A stretch of 57,101 nt of DNA from Macrostomum lignano (taxonomy: Eukaryota): positions 1-57,101 of the forward strand of contig NIVC01004168.1 in assembly GCA_002269645.1 (NCBI GenBank), given 5' to 3'. This document shows positions 42,266-54,549 of the stretch, piece by piece. The number at the start of each line of letters is the position of its first letter. Position 1 is the stretch's first letter. The notes beneath the pieces were generated by a model. That model saw only the letters and a program-made list of their open reading frames with translations, had not been told where the DNA came from and did no database searches. The translations under genes and the position numbers were made by a program.

Positions 42266-44014
42266 GTTCTACTGTCTGTGTGTTTACGTGGACTTTTTGG
42301 AAGTTCAGTAGCCTCGTTAGCTGGACCACCCGGTGTAGGTAGACCACTTAGGTGGACCACCAAATAATTTTGTCTCTGGTGGGGTTAAGACGTTGATGAG
42401 GATCTCACATTAATGTCAGGCGGGTCAAGAAAGGCTTAAGCAATTTTGGGATGTCTAGCATGGTTTTTTCCAAAGTTATTTGCATTTCAGTTTAGCTGGA
42501 CCTCCAGCCTGGTCTACCTAAACCGAGCGAGTCTGGTCCATGTAAACCGAAAAATTTTAGAATTTTTTTCGAAAATCGTCTGTTTGTGTCTGTTTGTGTC
42601 TGTTTGTGTATAGCAGTTATTAAGCATAGATTCAATGCAAAACTGAATTTTTTACAGATCATTACCTTACGAACAAAGGGGTATGTTGGCATCATATTAT
42701 GACCGCTACTGGCTTTAAAACAATATGCGTTCAGTTCTTTGACATTCAAGTAGGTACGCAGGTTAATTAAAAAATTCTGAAACCTCGTATGCGAAATGAA
42801 TTTGATACAGTAAACTTTAAACTCCATTTAATTAGCTCAGTTCCAGCAATTCCGGTATCGTACTCTGAGCACAGACTCACAGAGTAAGACACCAACGTAA
42901 AGAAATCCAATTCGCTAACCAGATCAAACGATAAAGACTCCGAGACAAGAAAGATATTTAAGTGAAGCCTAAATAGTATTCTTCAATGACTTCTCAAGAA
43001 CTCCCAGTGGTCCTTGATAGCCACACTGTGTAAATGCGAATTTCTGAGGCTCTACCATTACACAAGAAGAAAATAGCAACTTCATGAATTAAGTGCTTGC
43101 CAATTCTATCCTAAACACTATGGGATATCCTGTTCTATCCTCCTCCAATGTTGGAAGAAGAAGATCCTAAGCTGCAGCCTTTCAAGTGCAAAGTTGAAGA
43201 TGCAATTTACCTAATTGAAAAGGACAATTCATACATGTACATGCAAAAGATTTGATCAAGAGGACGCAATTAAGAAGGGCCTTTTAACTAGCGATCGGGT
43301 CCCTGACTCTCTAGCAAAAGGTCGACTTGATTGCGGTCCCAGTAAAACTAAGAACGCATTAACAGTCAGCCTAACACTCACTGTCTGTTTGGTCCACGTA
43401 AACACATGTGCAGGAGTATAGGGTTGGAACAGACAGACAGACAGACCTCCCTTTCTATAATTGGCTGGTTAACACTTAGGAGGATAGATCCACCCCAACA
43501 ATGGGACCGACCGCAGCCAATAGGAAACCCGCAAGCGTTCTGTAGGTAAGACAGTGGAGAGAGGGATATATAATGTCTAAGCGGGTGGTCCACGTAAACC
43601 ATGGCGTAGTGAGATCAGACACAGACAGTTTAAAAGAAAGTACTTATAATCCATACTATACAACTCTAAAGGATTGCAATTGTATAGATTAGAACGGTTT
43701 TTTTATACTTAATAGGTCTAATGTTAATCCTTACTCCAAGTTTCATCCATATATAAATAAGTTTTTTATTGTGCCAAAAACTGTAATCTACAACCAAGAT
43801 ATGATGACCCGCAAAAAAGGACGCCAAGCCTAAAATAAAAACTAAAAAAACACCGTCGCAAAAAGCCACTGCGAAATCGAAGAAGCCGCATCGCCTGGTG
43901 AAAATCATCAGTCTGCTCGCAAATCCGTCGACACCAAGTCCAGAAAAGTGAGTTTCGTTTGATGATCTCAAAGTAGCTAGCTGCAAGGCCTGCAACTCAA
44001 TTGCTGTAGAGAAG

Positions 44015-47000
44015 CTGGTCCACCTAACCTACAGACACAACTCGAACAGATTTCTCTGTCTGTTTGAGGCTCTGGCTCTTAGGTGGTCCACATAACCTAC
44101 AGACACAACTGAATCAGCTCTCTCAGTCTGTTTGAGGCTTTGGCTCTCCGAAGGTGGTCCACCTAACCTACAGACACAACTCGAACAGATTTCTCTGTCT
44201 GTTTGAGGCTCTGGCTCTTAGGTGGTCCACATAACCTACAGACACAACTGAATCAGCTCTCTCAGTCTGTTTGAGGCTTTGGCTCTCAGAAGGTGGTCCA
44301 CCTAACCTACAGACACAACTCGAACAGATTTCTCTGTCTGTTTGAGGCTCTGGCTCTCAGAGCCGCCGAGAAAGTTTAGTGCCGAGAATGCTTCAGTTTG
44401 TTAGAATGCAATCAGAACAGATTCCTAGAAAGTGAGCTAGTCCAGCATCAAGGCAGAACATCTGGATGTGTAACGAGAGGCTCTCGGAGATTCCTGGCTC
44501 AGATTATCGCCTAGAAGTGCTTTGGAGTAGCTGGTCCACCTAACCTACAGACACAACTCGAACAGATTTCTCTGTCTGTTTGAGGCTCTGGCTCTCAGAG
44601 CCGCCGAGAAAGTTTAGTGCCGAGAATGCTTCAGTTTGTTAGAATGCAATCAGAACAGATTCCTAGAAAGTGAGCTAGTCCAGCATCAAGGCAGAACATC
44701 TGGATGTGTAACGAGAGGCTCTTGGAGATTCCTGGCTCGGATTATCGCCTAGAAGTGCTGTAGAATAGCTGGTCCACCTAACCTACAGACACAACTCGAA
44801 CAGATTTCTCTGTCTGTTTGAGGCTCTGGCTCTTAGAGCCGCCGAGAAAGTTTAGTGCAGAAAATGCTTCAGTTTTTTAGAATGCAATCAGAACAGATTC
44901 CTAGAAAGTGAGCTAGTCCAGCATCAAGGCAGAACATCTGGATGTGTAACGAGAGGCTCTTGGAGATTCCTGGCTCGGATTATCGCCTAGAAGTGCTGTA
45001 GAATAGCTGGTCCACCTAACCAACAGACACAACTCGAACAGATTTCTCTGTCTGTTTGAGGCTCTAACTCTCAGAGCCGCCGAGAAAGTTTAGTGCCGAG
45101 AATGCTTCAGTTTGTTAGAATGCAATCAGAACAGATTCCTAGAAAGTGAGCTAGTCCAGCATCAAGGCAGAACATCTGGATGTGTAACGAGAGGCTCTTG
45201 GAGATTCCTGGCTCGGATTATCGCCTAGAAGTGCTGTAGAATAGCTGGTCCACCTAACCTACAGACACAACTCGAACAGATTTCTCTGTCTGTTTGAGGC
45301 TCTAACTCTCAGAGCCGCCGAGAAAGTTTAGTGCCGAGAATTCTTCAGTTTGTTAGAATGCAATCAGAACAGATTCCTAGAAAGTGAGCCAGTCCAGCAT
45401 TAAGGCAGAACATCTGGATGTGTAACGAGAGGCTCTTGGAGATTCCTGGCTCGGATTATCGCCTAGAAGTGCTGTAGAATAGCTGGTCCACCTAACCTAC
45501 AGACACAACTCGAACAGATTTCTCTGTCTGTTTAGGCTCTGGCTCTTAGAGCCGCCGAGAAAGTTTAGTGCAGAAAATGCTTCAGTTTGTTAGAATGCAA
45601 TCAGAACAGATTCCTAGAAAGTGAGCTAGTCCAGCATCAAGGCAGAACATCTGGATGTGTAACGAAAGTCTCTCGGAGACTCCTGGCTCGGATTATCGCC
45701 TAGAAGTGCTGTAGAATAGCTGGTCCACCTAACCTACAGACACAACTCGAACAGATTTCTCTGTCTGTTTGAGGCTCTAACTCTCAGAGCCGCCGAGAAA
45801 GTTTAGTGCCGAGAATGCTTCAGTTTTTTAGAATGCAATCAGAACAGATTCCTAGAAAGTGAGCTAGTCCAGCATCAAGGCAGAACATCTGGATGTGTAA
45901 CGAAAGTCTCTCGGAGACTCCTGGCTCGGATTATCGCCTAGAAGTGCTGTAGAATAGCTGGTCCACCTAACCTACAGACACAACTCGAACAGATTTCTCT
46001 GTCTGTTTGAGGCTCTGGCTCTCAGAGCCGCCGAGAAAGTTTAGTGCCGAGAATGCTTCAGTTTGTTAGAATGCAATCAGAACAGATTCCTAGAAAGTGA
46101 GCTAGTCCAGCATCAAGGCAGAACATCTGGATGTGTAACGAGAGGCTCTTGGAGATTCCTGGCTCGGATTATCGCCTAGAAGTGCTGTAGAATAGCTGTT
46201 CCACCTAACCTACAGACACAACTCGAACAGATTTCTCTGTCTGTTTGAGGCTCTGGCTCTTAGAGCCGCCGAGAAAGTTTAGTGCCGAGAATGCTTCAGT
46301 TTGTTAGAATGCAATCAGAACAGATTCCTAGAAAGTGAGCTAGTCCAGCATCAAGGCAGAACATCTGGATGTGTAACGAGAGGCTCTTGGAGATTCCTGG
46401 CTCGGATTATCGCCTAGAAGTGCTGTAGAATAGCTGGTCCACCTAACCTACAGACACAACTCGAACAGATTTCTCTGTCTGTTTGAGGCTCTGGCTCTTA
46501 GAGCCGCCGAGAAAGTTTAGTGCCGAGAATGCTTCAGTTTGTTAGAATGCAATCAGAACAGATTCCTAGAAAGTGAGCTAGTCCAGCATCAAGGCAGAAC
46601 ATCTGGATGTGTAACGAGAGGCTCTTGGAGATTCCTGGCTCGGATTATCGCCTAGAAGTGCTGTAGAATAGCTGGTCCACCTAACCTACAGACACAACTC
46701 GAACAGATTTCTCTGTCTGTTTGAGGCTCTGGCTCTTAGAGCCGCCGAGAAAGTTTAGTGCCGAGAATGCTTCAGTTTGTTAGAATGCAATCAGAACAGA
46801 TTCCTAGAAAGTGAGCTAGTCCAGCATCAAGGCAGAACATCTGGATGTGTAACGAGAGGCTCTTGGAGATTCCTGGCTCGGATTATCGCCTAGAAGTGCT
46901 GTAGAATAGCTGTTCCACCTAACCTACAGACACAACTCGAACAGATTTCTCTGTCTGTTTGAGGCTCTGGCTCTTAGAGCCGCCGAGAAAGTTTAGTGCC

Positions 47001-47645
47001 GAGAATGCTTCAGTTTGTTAGAATGCAATCAGAACAGATTCCTAGAAAGTGAGCTAGTCCAGCATCAAGGCAGAACATCTGGATGTGTAACGAGAGGCTC
47101 TTGGAGATTCCTGGCTCGGATTATCGCCTAGAAGTGCTGTAGAATAGCTGGTCCACCTAACCTACAGACACAACTCGAACAGATTTCTCTGTCTGTTTGA
47201 GGCTCTGGCTCTCAGAGCCGCCGAGAAAGTTTAGTGCTGAGAATGCTTCAGTTTGTTAGAATGCAATCAGAACAGATTCCTAGAAAGTGAGCTAGTCCAG
47301 AATCAAGGCAGAACATCTGGATGTGTAACGAGAGGCTCTCGGAGATTCCTGGCTCAGATTATCACCTAGAAGTTCTGTGGAGTAGCTGGTCCACCTAACC
47401 TACAGAATCAACTCGAACAGATTTCTCTGTCTGTTTGAGGCTCTGGCTCTTAGGTGGTCCACGTAACCTACAGACACAACTGAAGTAGCTCTCTCAGTCT
47501 GTTTAAGGCTTTGGCTCTCAGAAGGTGGTCCACCTAACCTACAGACACAACTCGAACAGATTTCTCTGTCTGTTTGAGGCTCTGGCTCTCAGGTGGTCCA
47601 CATAACCTACAGACACAACTGGAACAGATTTCTGTGTCTGTTTGA
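44015..47645. repeat. Satellite array: 13 copies of a 238-bp unit (44293-47386) flanked on both sides by about 60-70-bp sub-repeats of the unit's head
   Basis: The unit head CTG(G/T)TCCACCTAACC recurs at 44531, 44769, 45007, 45245, 45483, 45720, 45958, 46196 and onward to 47386 (238-bp period, one 237). Confidence 0.96.
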
Positions 47646-48725
47646 TTGTCAGTTAATTTTATTTTCTACCTTTGTAGGAGCCTGTGGTTGATTTTGTTCG
47701 CCTGAGCTCGACGAGACTGACTGCGTTTCACCGAGATGAAGGTTAAAACGAACTGTAAAAGAAGATTCAAACCACTAATTGACGAGAAATATAGAAAGGT
47801 TCATCATAGAGCTGAGCTGACGAAAGCGGATTCGATGGCTGAGTAAGCTGAAATTCGTGAGAGAGGCAATGACAGATCAATAACAGAAGCGGTCCCGGAC
47901 CACGGAAGCAGGGAAGGTCCAGGAGAATATTTCGTAGAAAAAATAAGAAGATTAAGCCATCATCTGCGTGAACGAAAAGATGAAAGTCGGTAAAATGATT
48001 GGCTTAGCATATGATTGCTCACCAACTCATTCAGTATAATAGGACTGATGTAGTCAAATCAATTTAATTTCAGTTTTAGTAACTTTTGTCGTTATTAAAA
48101 ATGCCCTTCAACTTCTTGTAGGCTCGTACTCGGATGACCATTTTTAACTAATGGAATCTTACGTTTGTTAACATGTATTTGAAGCATACATCTTGACCTA
48201 AATTAGTTTTAATGAGTTTACAGTTAGTATTTGATATGATTCTGTATTTATTTTCAAAGTGCTTTATTTTCATTCACCTTCTTGTATTCACGCGACGCAA
48301 CTAACTAATGCGATCGTACATTTGTTTAACCCGATTAACCCGATTAGTAATGCTAAATAAATTGGTTTGAACTTGGGATATTTTCATTAAATGACGTCGT
48401 AACCCTTTTATCCGTTCTTTTTGAGAATTTCTGTTTTAATTAGTTCAAAAGAACAGTTTAAAGCAATAAATTTTCTACAACGAAAGAGGTCTAACTAAAC
48501 CAACTGTTTTTTTGCGGTCCACCTAACCCGGTCCCCAAAACGTAGTTAGTGAACCACCACAGTTTCCCCGAACTGGCTATTCCGTCAAGGTAACAAAAAG
48601 ATAACCCTAGCTAGCCTTTCGCGTTGTCAAAACAGACTCTATTTTTTAACCGGAATTGCGTGGTCCACGTAACGCATTAACATAACTCAGGTCCCGCTAA
48701 ACACACAGACAGTCGTAAGAGTGTG

Positions 48726-48726
<1 letters not shown>

Positions 48727-48797
<71 letters not shown>
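48727..48797. repeat. (GTCT)n microsatellite, about 17 units
   Basis: Direct reading. Confidence 0.95.
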
Positions 48798-49285
48798 CAT
48801 CTACATCTGCATAGAGGAGTTGCTTGGCTGCATGGCAGCAAGTATTTGTCACTCAGAAGATATGGCGTTTCCGTTGCTTTTAGCCGGAGAGTATTCGTAC
48901 AATGAAAGGGGTTTCTCAAACTTGGGCTTTCTCTTATTTTATGCAGGGAAGCAGAAACACTTTTGTCATCTAAAAGCAATTACTGGGTTCTCGGGTGTGT
49001 GACAATTGCTTTCGTCAGGAACTTGATTGCAACTTACTCAACGGGAGCTTTCTGATGATCATCACTAAAAAACTGACTCCCTCCAGTGCTTTCCCACCAA
49101 CTCAACACGTTGCCTCAGTCCCACCTCAGAGCAACGCTGTAGGGTTTTAACCACTGTACCGGAACTAGCAAATATTTGCATCCTTTCAGGGGCAAATGGA
49201 GAAAGCTTAAAACAGCTTACGACAGGTAGATCGATACTGTATTTGTCACAAAGCCATTTCACACTGCAAAGATCTATCCAGAGCG

Positions 49286-50187
49286 ATGCAGCAACTCCTC
49301 ACAGCCGCATTCGCTCTGCTGGCGACGATCTGCTCGACAGTCACAGGCGATGACCCCGGCAGCTGCGCCAACCAGAAGCTGTTCTCTTTAGCCGAGCCCC
49401 ACAGCCTGACGGTGCCGCAGTCCTTCAAGTCCGTGCAGGCAGTTGGCAGCGAGCTGCAGTGCTCTCTGCAGTGCAGGGCCCAGTCCGGTGTCTGCTTCGG
49501 CTTCTACTGGCAAGAGGCGAGTCTGTCATGCCAGCTGTTCAGCATCGCTGCGTTCTTCAGCAAGTCGCTGTGGCAGCCGAGCGCCAAGCCGAGAGCCAAG
49601 CCGGTCGATGTCTTCACAAAGCTGTTCGACTGTGAGTTTTGCACTTATTGAATTCAACGGTATAAATTTTTTGAAGGAGGTAATTTTGCCTCCTAATTTA
49701 AGCCTCAATAATTACTGAGACTTAAAGGCTCTTAGTGAAATGCTTTTCCTTCGCTTTGGTTGCTGCAGTACCGACAGAAGCAGTTTTGACTGTTCAAAAC
49801 TGCAGTCAGATCTCTACTTTTGCGAGTGCTGTCTGCGGATTAGCAATCGATGGCAACACGAATCAGAACTTTCACGGAGGCTCCTGCGCCCACACCGAAG
49901 GAGGCAAATCCCAATGGTGGCAGGCCGACCTCGCTCAGCAGTTCCGCATCAAGGCAGTCCGCATCTTCAACAGACAGGACTGCTGCGCTGAGAGGCTCAA
50001 CAACTTCACCCTGCTGGTCGATGATGTCGAGTGTGCCAGGGTAGACGGAGCTCAGAGCTTCTCCATCAAGACAGTCAGCTGCCTCGGCTACGGCAGTCGG
50101 GTTCGCCTCGTCAGTCGCTTGCGTGGTGTGGTGTTCAGCCTGTGCGAAGTTGAGCTGCTTGGCTTCCCCGTCTCTGTGCTGCCTTAG
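49286..50187 (+). CDS. Secreted PAN/apple-domain plus F-type lectin (FTP) protein. Exons 49286-49631, 49769-50187
   Basis: Signal peptide MQQLLTAAFALLATICSTVTG; PAN-like SELQCSLQCRAQSGVCFGFYWQEASLSCQLF; phase-1 GT-AG intron; FTP domain with AIDGN and the exact fucose-binding signature H-X26-RQDCCAER, plus LCEVE. Confidence 0.88.
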
Positions 50188-50604
50188 ACAGCAGAACCCT
50201 AAGGAGTCTGTCTTGTGTTTAAAAGTAAATCGAGTCTGTTCTGACCGATGAGTGAACTTGTCCTGATCTCTTTTCTTGTTTATCTGGAATATCTTTCTCG
50301 ATTTTCTTCTCAATTTTGATTAAATTTTTAGTTTTAAAGCAAATCTATAAGCTTTGGACTTTAAACTTATGTACATTTAGTTCGGTATTGTATGTGGAAA
50401 CTTAATTCCGGATCCTCTGGTCCTTAATTAAAAATTTAATGCAAAGGCGCTTAACACAAGGGGATAGGTTCAAAACAGTGTGTCATCTACACTTGCGAAT
50501 AGTAGAAATTCTAGAAAAGGCCGCTTGCTTTAGCTGTGTCTATGGCAATGGAGCCTTTTCACTAACATTATTTCATATTCTTAATGCTGGTTTTTTATGT
50601 AAAT

Positions 50605-51019
50605 AATAAACGCCGTTTAATTCAAATTCAGTCGTTAGAATTTCCGAGGCTGAATTTAATGGTCCCGAGGCGAGCGAAACGAGCCGAGGACCATTGTCAA
50701 ACGATTTCGCTTTTGTGTTTACCATAGAAGCGTGCTGCAACGCAATGGGGCATTGCCGCACACAAAACGGTACGTTGCCGCACGCTTGTATGGTAAAAAC
50801 AAAATCGTTAGCCAATGATATCGACGCACTGCTTTCGAGTGCAGGCACAAGTGCTAAGAGGGAGATTAGAGACCCGAGAAAGAGGGAGATTAGAGATCTT
50901 AGGAGAGCCGCGCACTCGTGCCTAGGTCGTTGCTGCACAAGAAAGCAGTGCGTCATCTCTAAATTGAATGCAGCCGATGATATTCTACATAGACTATGAT
51001 GAATTAAACGGCGTTTATT
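50605..51019. mobile_element. MITE-like element with 20-bp perfect inverted repeats
   Basis: AATAAACGCCGTTTAATTCA (50605-50624) and TGAATTAAACGGCGTTTATT (51000-51019). No TSD established. Confidence 0.65.
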
Positions 51020-51117
51020 TTATATGAAATTCGATTGCCTATTTTACGGGGGCATCCCATCTGATTGATAGACATATAGGCTTAGACCATTTTATTCCGA
51101 CCATAGACAAATAAATA

Positions 51118-54100
51118 AAGGGGATGTCAACTTAAGCACCAGAATGGAGCCCGAAGTTCAGCTCCAGACCAAACCGACTGCAATCGATAACTTGTCGGCC
51201 CAGACGACTGGAATCGCCGAGAACTCCCATCCGGCTCCCTTCCTTGGGGTCCCAGGGGATAAAGGGGATAAAATGGGGATCTCATGTCAACTTAAGGCTC
51301 TGGAATGGAGCCCGAAGTTCAGCTCCGGACCAAACCGACTGAAATCGATAACTTGTCGGCCCAGACGACTAGAATCGCCGAGACATCCCATCCGGCTCCC
51401 TTCCTTGGGGTCCCAGGGGATAAAGGGGATAAAATGGGGATCTCATGTCAACTTAAGGCTCTGGAATGGAGCCCGAAGTTCAGCTCCGGACCAAACCGAC
51501 TGCAATCGATAACTTGTCGGCCCAGACGACTAGAATCGCCGAGACATCTCATCCGGCTCCCTTCCTTGGGGTCCCAGGGGATAAAGGGGATAAAATGGGG
51601 ATCTCATGTCAACTTAAGGCTCTGGAATGGAGCCCGAAGTTCAGCTCCGGACCAAACCGACTGCAATCGATAACTTGTCGGCCCAGACGACTAGAATCGC
51701 CGAGACATCCCATCCGGCTCTCTTCCTTGGGGTCCCAGGGGATAAAGGGGATAAAATGGGGATCTCATGTCAACTTAAGGCTCTGGAATGGAGCCCGAAG
51801 TTCAGCTCCGGACCAAACCGACTGCAATCGATAACTTGTCGGCCCAGACGACTAGAATCGCCGAGACATCCCATCCGGCTCCCTTCCTTGGGGTCCCAGG
51901 GATAAAGGGGATAAAATGGGGATCTCATGTCAACTTAAGGCTCTGGAATGGAGCCCGAAGTTCAGCTCCGGACCAAACCGACTGCAATCGATAACTTGTC
52001 GGCCCAGACGACTAGAATCGCCGAGACATCCCATCCGGCTCCCTTCCTTGGGGTCCCAGGGGATAAAGGGGATAAAATGGGGATCTCATGTCAACTTAAG
52101 GCTCTGGAATGGAGCCCGAATTTCAGCTCCGGACCAAACCGACTGCAATCGATAACTTGTCGGCCCAGACGACTAGAATCGCCGAGACATCCGCTGTGCC
52201 ACTATGTTCCGCTATGTCATTGAGTGCTGCTTTGCTGCCATTAAGCAGGACAAATGTGTTAACGAGAGGCACAAACCGTATCAGTGGCTGCCGTCAGCCG
52301 GCTTCAGTGAGCCCAGCCGATTAGACGTTGTTATCGAGACCTCGATGGCAAAGTACAACCGGGCGCATCCAGGTTTTGAATCATTTAAACAGCTGCCACC
52401 GTCATGGACAGGGCTATCGTTGTTCGAATTCGGGCAGAATTTCATGCGCCGAGTGCTCTTGTCCAACGAACTGGACGAAATTGAGCAGCTGCACTTCAAC
52501 TGTGATCTGAAGCGTGTCCCCCTGCTAACACAAGGGCATGGATTGCTGTCAACCCGCTGGATCCAAAAAGCTCGGGGTTCCCCCGAATTCACACAGTGAA
52601 TTTGTCAGAGGTTTTGGTGGGTCCGTATCAACTAAATCAAGCCGATTATTACATTCAAAACATTCGTGTCAAGGAGGTTCTCGGTAGCTACGAAGGTGAC
52701 TCCTGGAGAGACTTTGAGTTACACATCCGAGCCGCCGGGAGTATTGGAAGTTTCGGCAAGAGACGCCGCTAGAAAACTGGAGCAACCGATTCGGTCGGTG
52801 GCATCCGTCTTGATTTTTCTAGCTGTCGTTTTCTCGCGCCATAATTCGAAATCCTACCGCGTGATTCTTAGAGTGTGTGACAGCAGCGGACAATCGCTTT
52901 GGTTTTAGAGATCCAGGATTGCAACTTCTTCATGGCTACTACTCATCAGCAAAAGCTGGAAGTAGGAATGCAGGCCGCCATTGTCATGTAATGGCAGTGC
53001 TCAGACTCCTGGGCTGCTACGCTTACCACCAAGATAGCTATCGAAGGTCTGGTGCTAGCCTTCGCTTTGTTGATTCCCTCTTCCACGCCGTCTTGTTGCC
53101 AGACTTTATGCCAGAGAAAATGCTTTACCACAGCAGCGAAAGCCTACTGAGCAACTGTCTAGCGGCCAGCGAGAGGAGTTTCAGTCAGCCCAAGGAAGGG
53201 AGCCGGATGGGATGTCTCGGCGATTCTAGTCGTCTGGGCCGACAAGTTATCGATTGCAGTCGGTTTGGTCCGGAGCTGAACTTCGGGCTCCATTCCAGAG
53301 CCTTAAGTTGACATGAGATCCCCATTTTATCCCCTTTATCCCCTGGGACCCCAAGGAAGGGAGCCGGATGGGATGTCTCGGCGATTCTAGTCGTCTGGGC
53401 CGACAAGTTATCGATTGCAGTCGGTTTGGTCCGGAGCTGAACTTCGGGCTCCATTCCAGAGCCTTAAGTTGACATGAGATCCCCATTTTATCCCCTTTAT
53501 CCCCTGGGACCCCAAGGAAGGGAGCCGGATGGGATGTCTCGGCGATTCTAGTCGTCTGGGCCGACAAGTTATCGATTGCAGTCGGTTTGGTCCGGAGCTG
53601 AACTTCGGGCTCCATTCCAGAGCCTTAAGTTGACATGAGATCCCCATTTTATCCCCTTCATCCCTTGGGACCCCAAGGAAGGGAGCCGGATGGGATGTCT
53701 CGGCGATTCTAGTCGTCTGGGCCGACAAGTTATCGATTGCAGTCGGTTTGGTCCGGAGCTGAAATTCGGGCTCCATTCCAGAGCCTTAAGTTGACATGAG
53801 ATCCCCATTTTATCCCCTTTATCCTCTGGGACCCCAAGGAAGGGAGCCGGATGGGATGTCTCGGCGATTCTAGTCGTCTGGGCCGACAAGTTATCGATTG
53901 CAGTCGGTTTGGTCCGGAGCTGAAATTCGGGCTCCATTCCAGAGCCTTAAGTTGACATGAGATCCCATTTTATCCCCTTTATCCCCTGGGACCCCAAGGA
54001 AGGGAGCCGGATGGGATGTCTCGGCGATTCTAGTCGTCTGGGCCGACAAGTTATCGATTGCAGTCGGTTTAGTCCGGAGCTGAAATTCGGGCTCCATTCC

Positions 54101-54446
54101 AGAGCCTTAAGTTGACATGAGATCCCCATTTTATCCCCTTTATCCCCTGGGACCCCAAGGAAGGGAGCCGGATGGGATGTCTCGGCGATTCTAGTCGTCT
54201 GGGCCGACAAGTTATCGATTGCAGTCGGTTTGGTCCGGAGCTGAAATTCGGGCTCCATTCCAGAGCCTTAAGTTGACATGAGATCCCCATTTTATCCCCT
54301 TTATCCCCTGGGACCCCAAGGAAGGGAGCCGGATGGGATGTCTCGGCGATTCTAGTCGTCTGGGCCGACAAGTTATCGATTGCAGTCGGTTTGGTCCGGA
54401 GCTGAACTTCGGGCTCCATTCTGATGCTTAAGTTGACATCCCCTTT
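51118..54446. mobile_element. Foldback-type DNA transposon: inverted arms of 161-bp tandem repeats (about 6.6 copies left, about 7.8 right) around a roughly 1-kb unique core
   Basis: The left terminus AAAGGGGATGTCAACTTAAGCA(C)CAGAATGGAGCCCGAAG is the reverse complement (one mismatch) of the right terminus CTTCGGGCTCCATTCTGATGCTTAAGTTGACATCCCCTTT. The ORF track shows the same 161-bp-periodic peptides on + (51144-52109) and - (53185-54419). Confidence 0.88.
52204..53010 (+). pseudogene. Decayed 3' half of a PIF/Harbinger-ISL2EU-like (DDE_Tnp_4) transposase with a degenerate SWIM-like finger
   Basis: Across three frameshifts: CVNERHKPYQWL..AKYNRAHPGF, GFPRIHTVNLSEVLVGPYQLNQADYYI, FSRHNSKSYRVIL, HGYYSSAKAGSRNAGRHCHVMAVLRLLG. 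These resemble recalled motifs VE..NG.IK.F..L, DFP.L...L..LTLGVYQLKQARSY, SRH....Y, GWYCTC.AG.RTVGCC.HV..V..YLG in the same order. Confidence 0.55.
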
Positions 54447-54549
54447 CTCACAAAGATACAGTCACGAAGCAGCAGTCAGTCAGCGGTGGCAAAACATAAC
54501 AGCCGAATTTAAATTCGCTTTTTCTTCGAACTAGAATCAACAATACAAT

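Noticed and set aside
44015-47645. CRISPR-like appearance of regularly spaced repeats
   Set aside because: Inter-repeat sequences are near-identical rather than unique spacers, there are no cas genes, and the context is a spliced eukaryotic genome.
51144-54419. Series of 122-aa MEPEVQLRTKPT ORFs on both strands
   Set aside because: They are translations of the 161-bp repeat in rotating frames, not a gene family.
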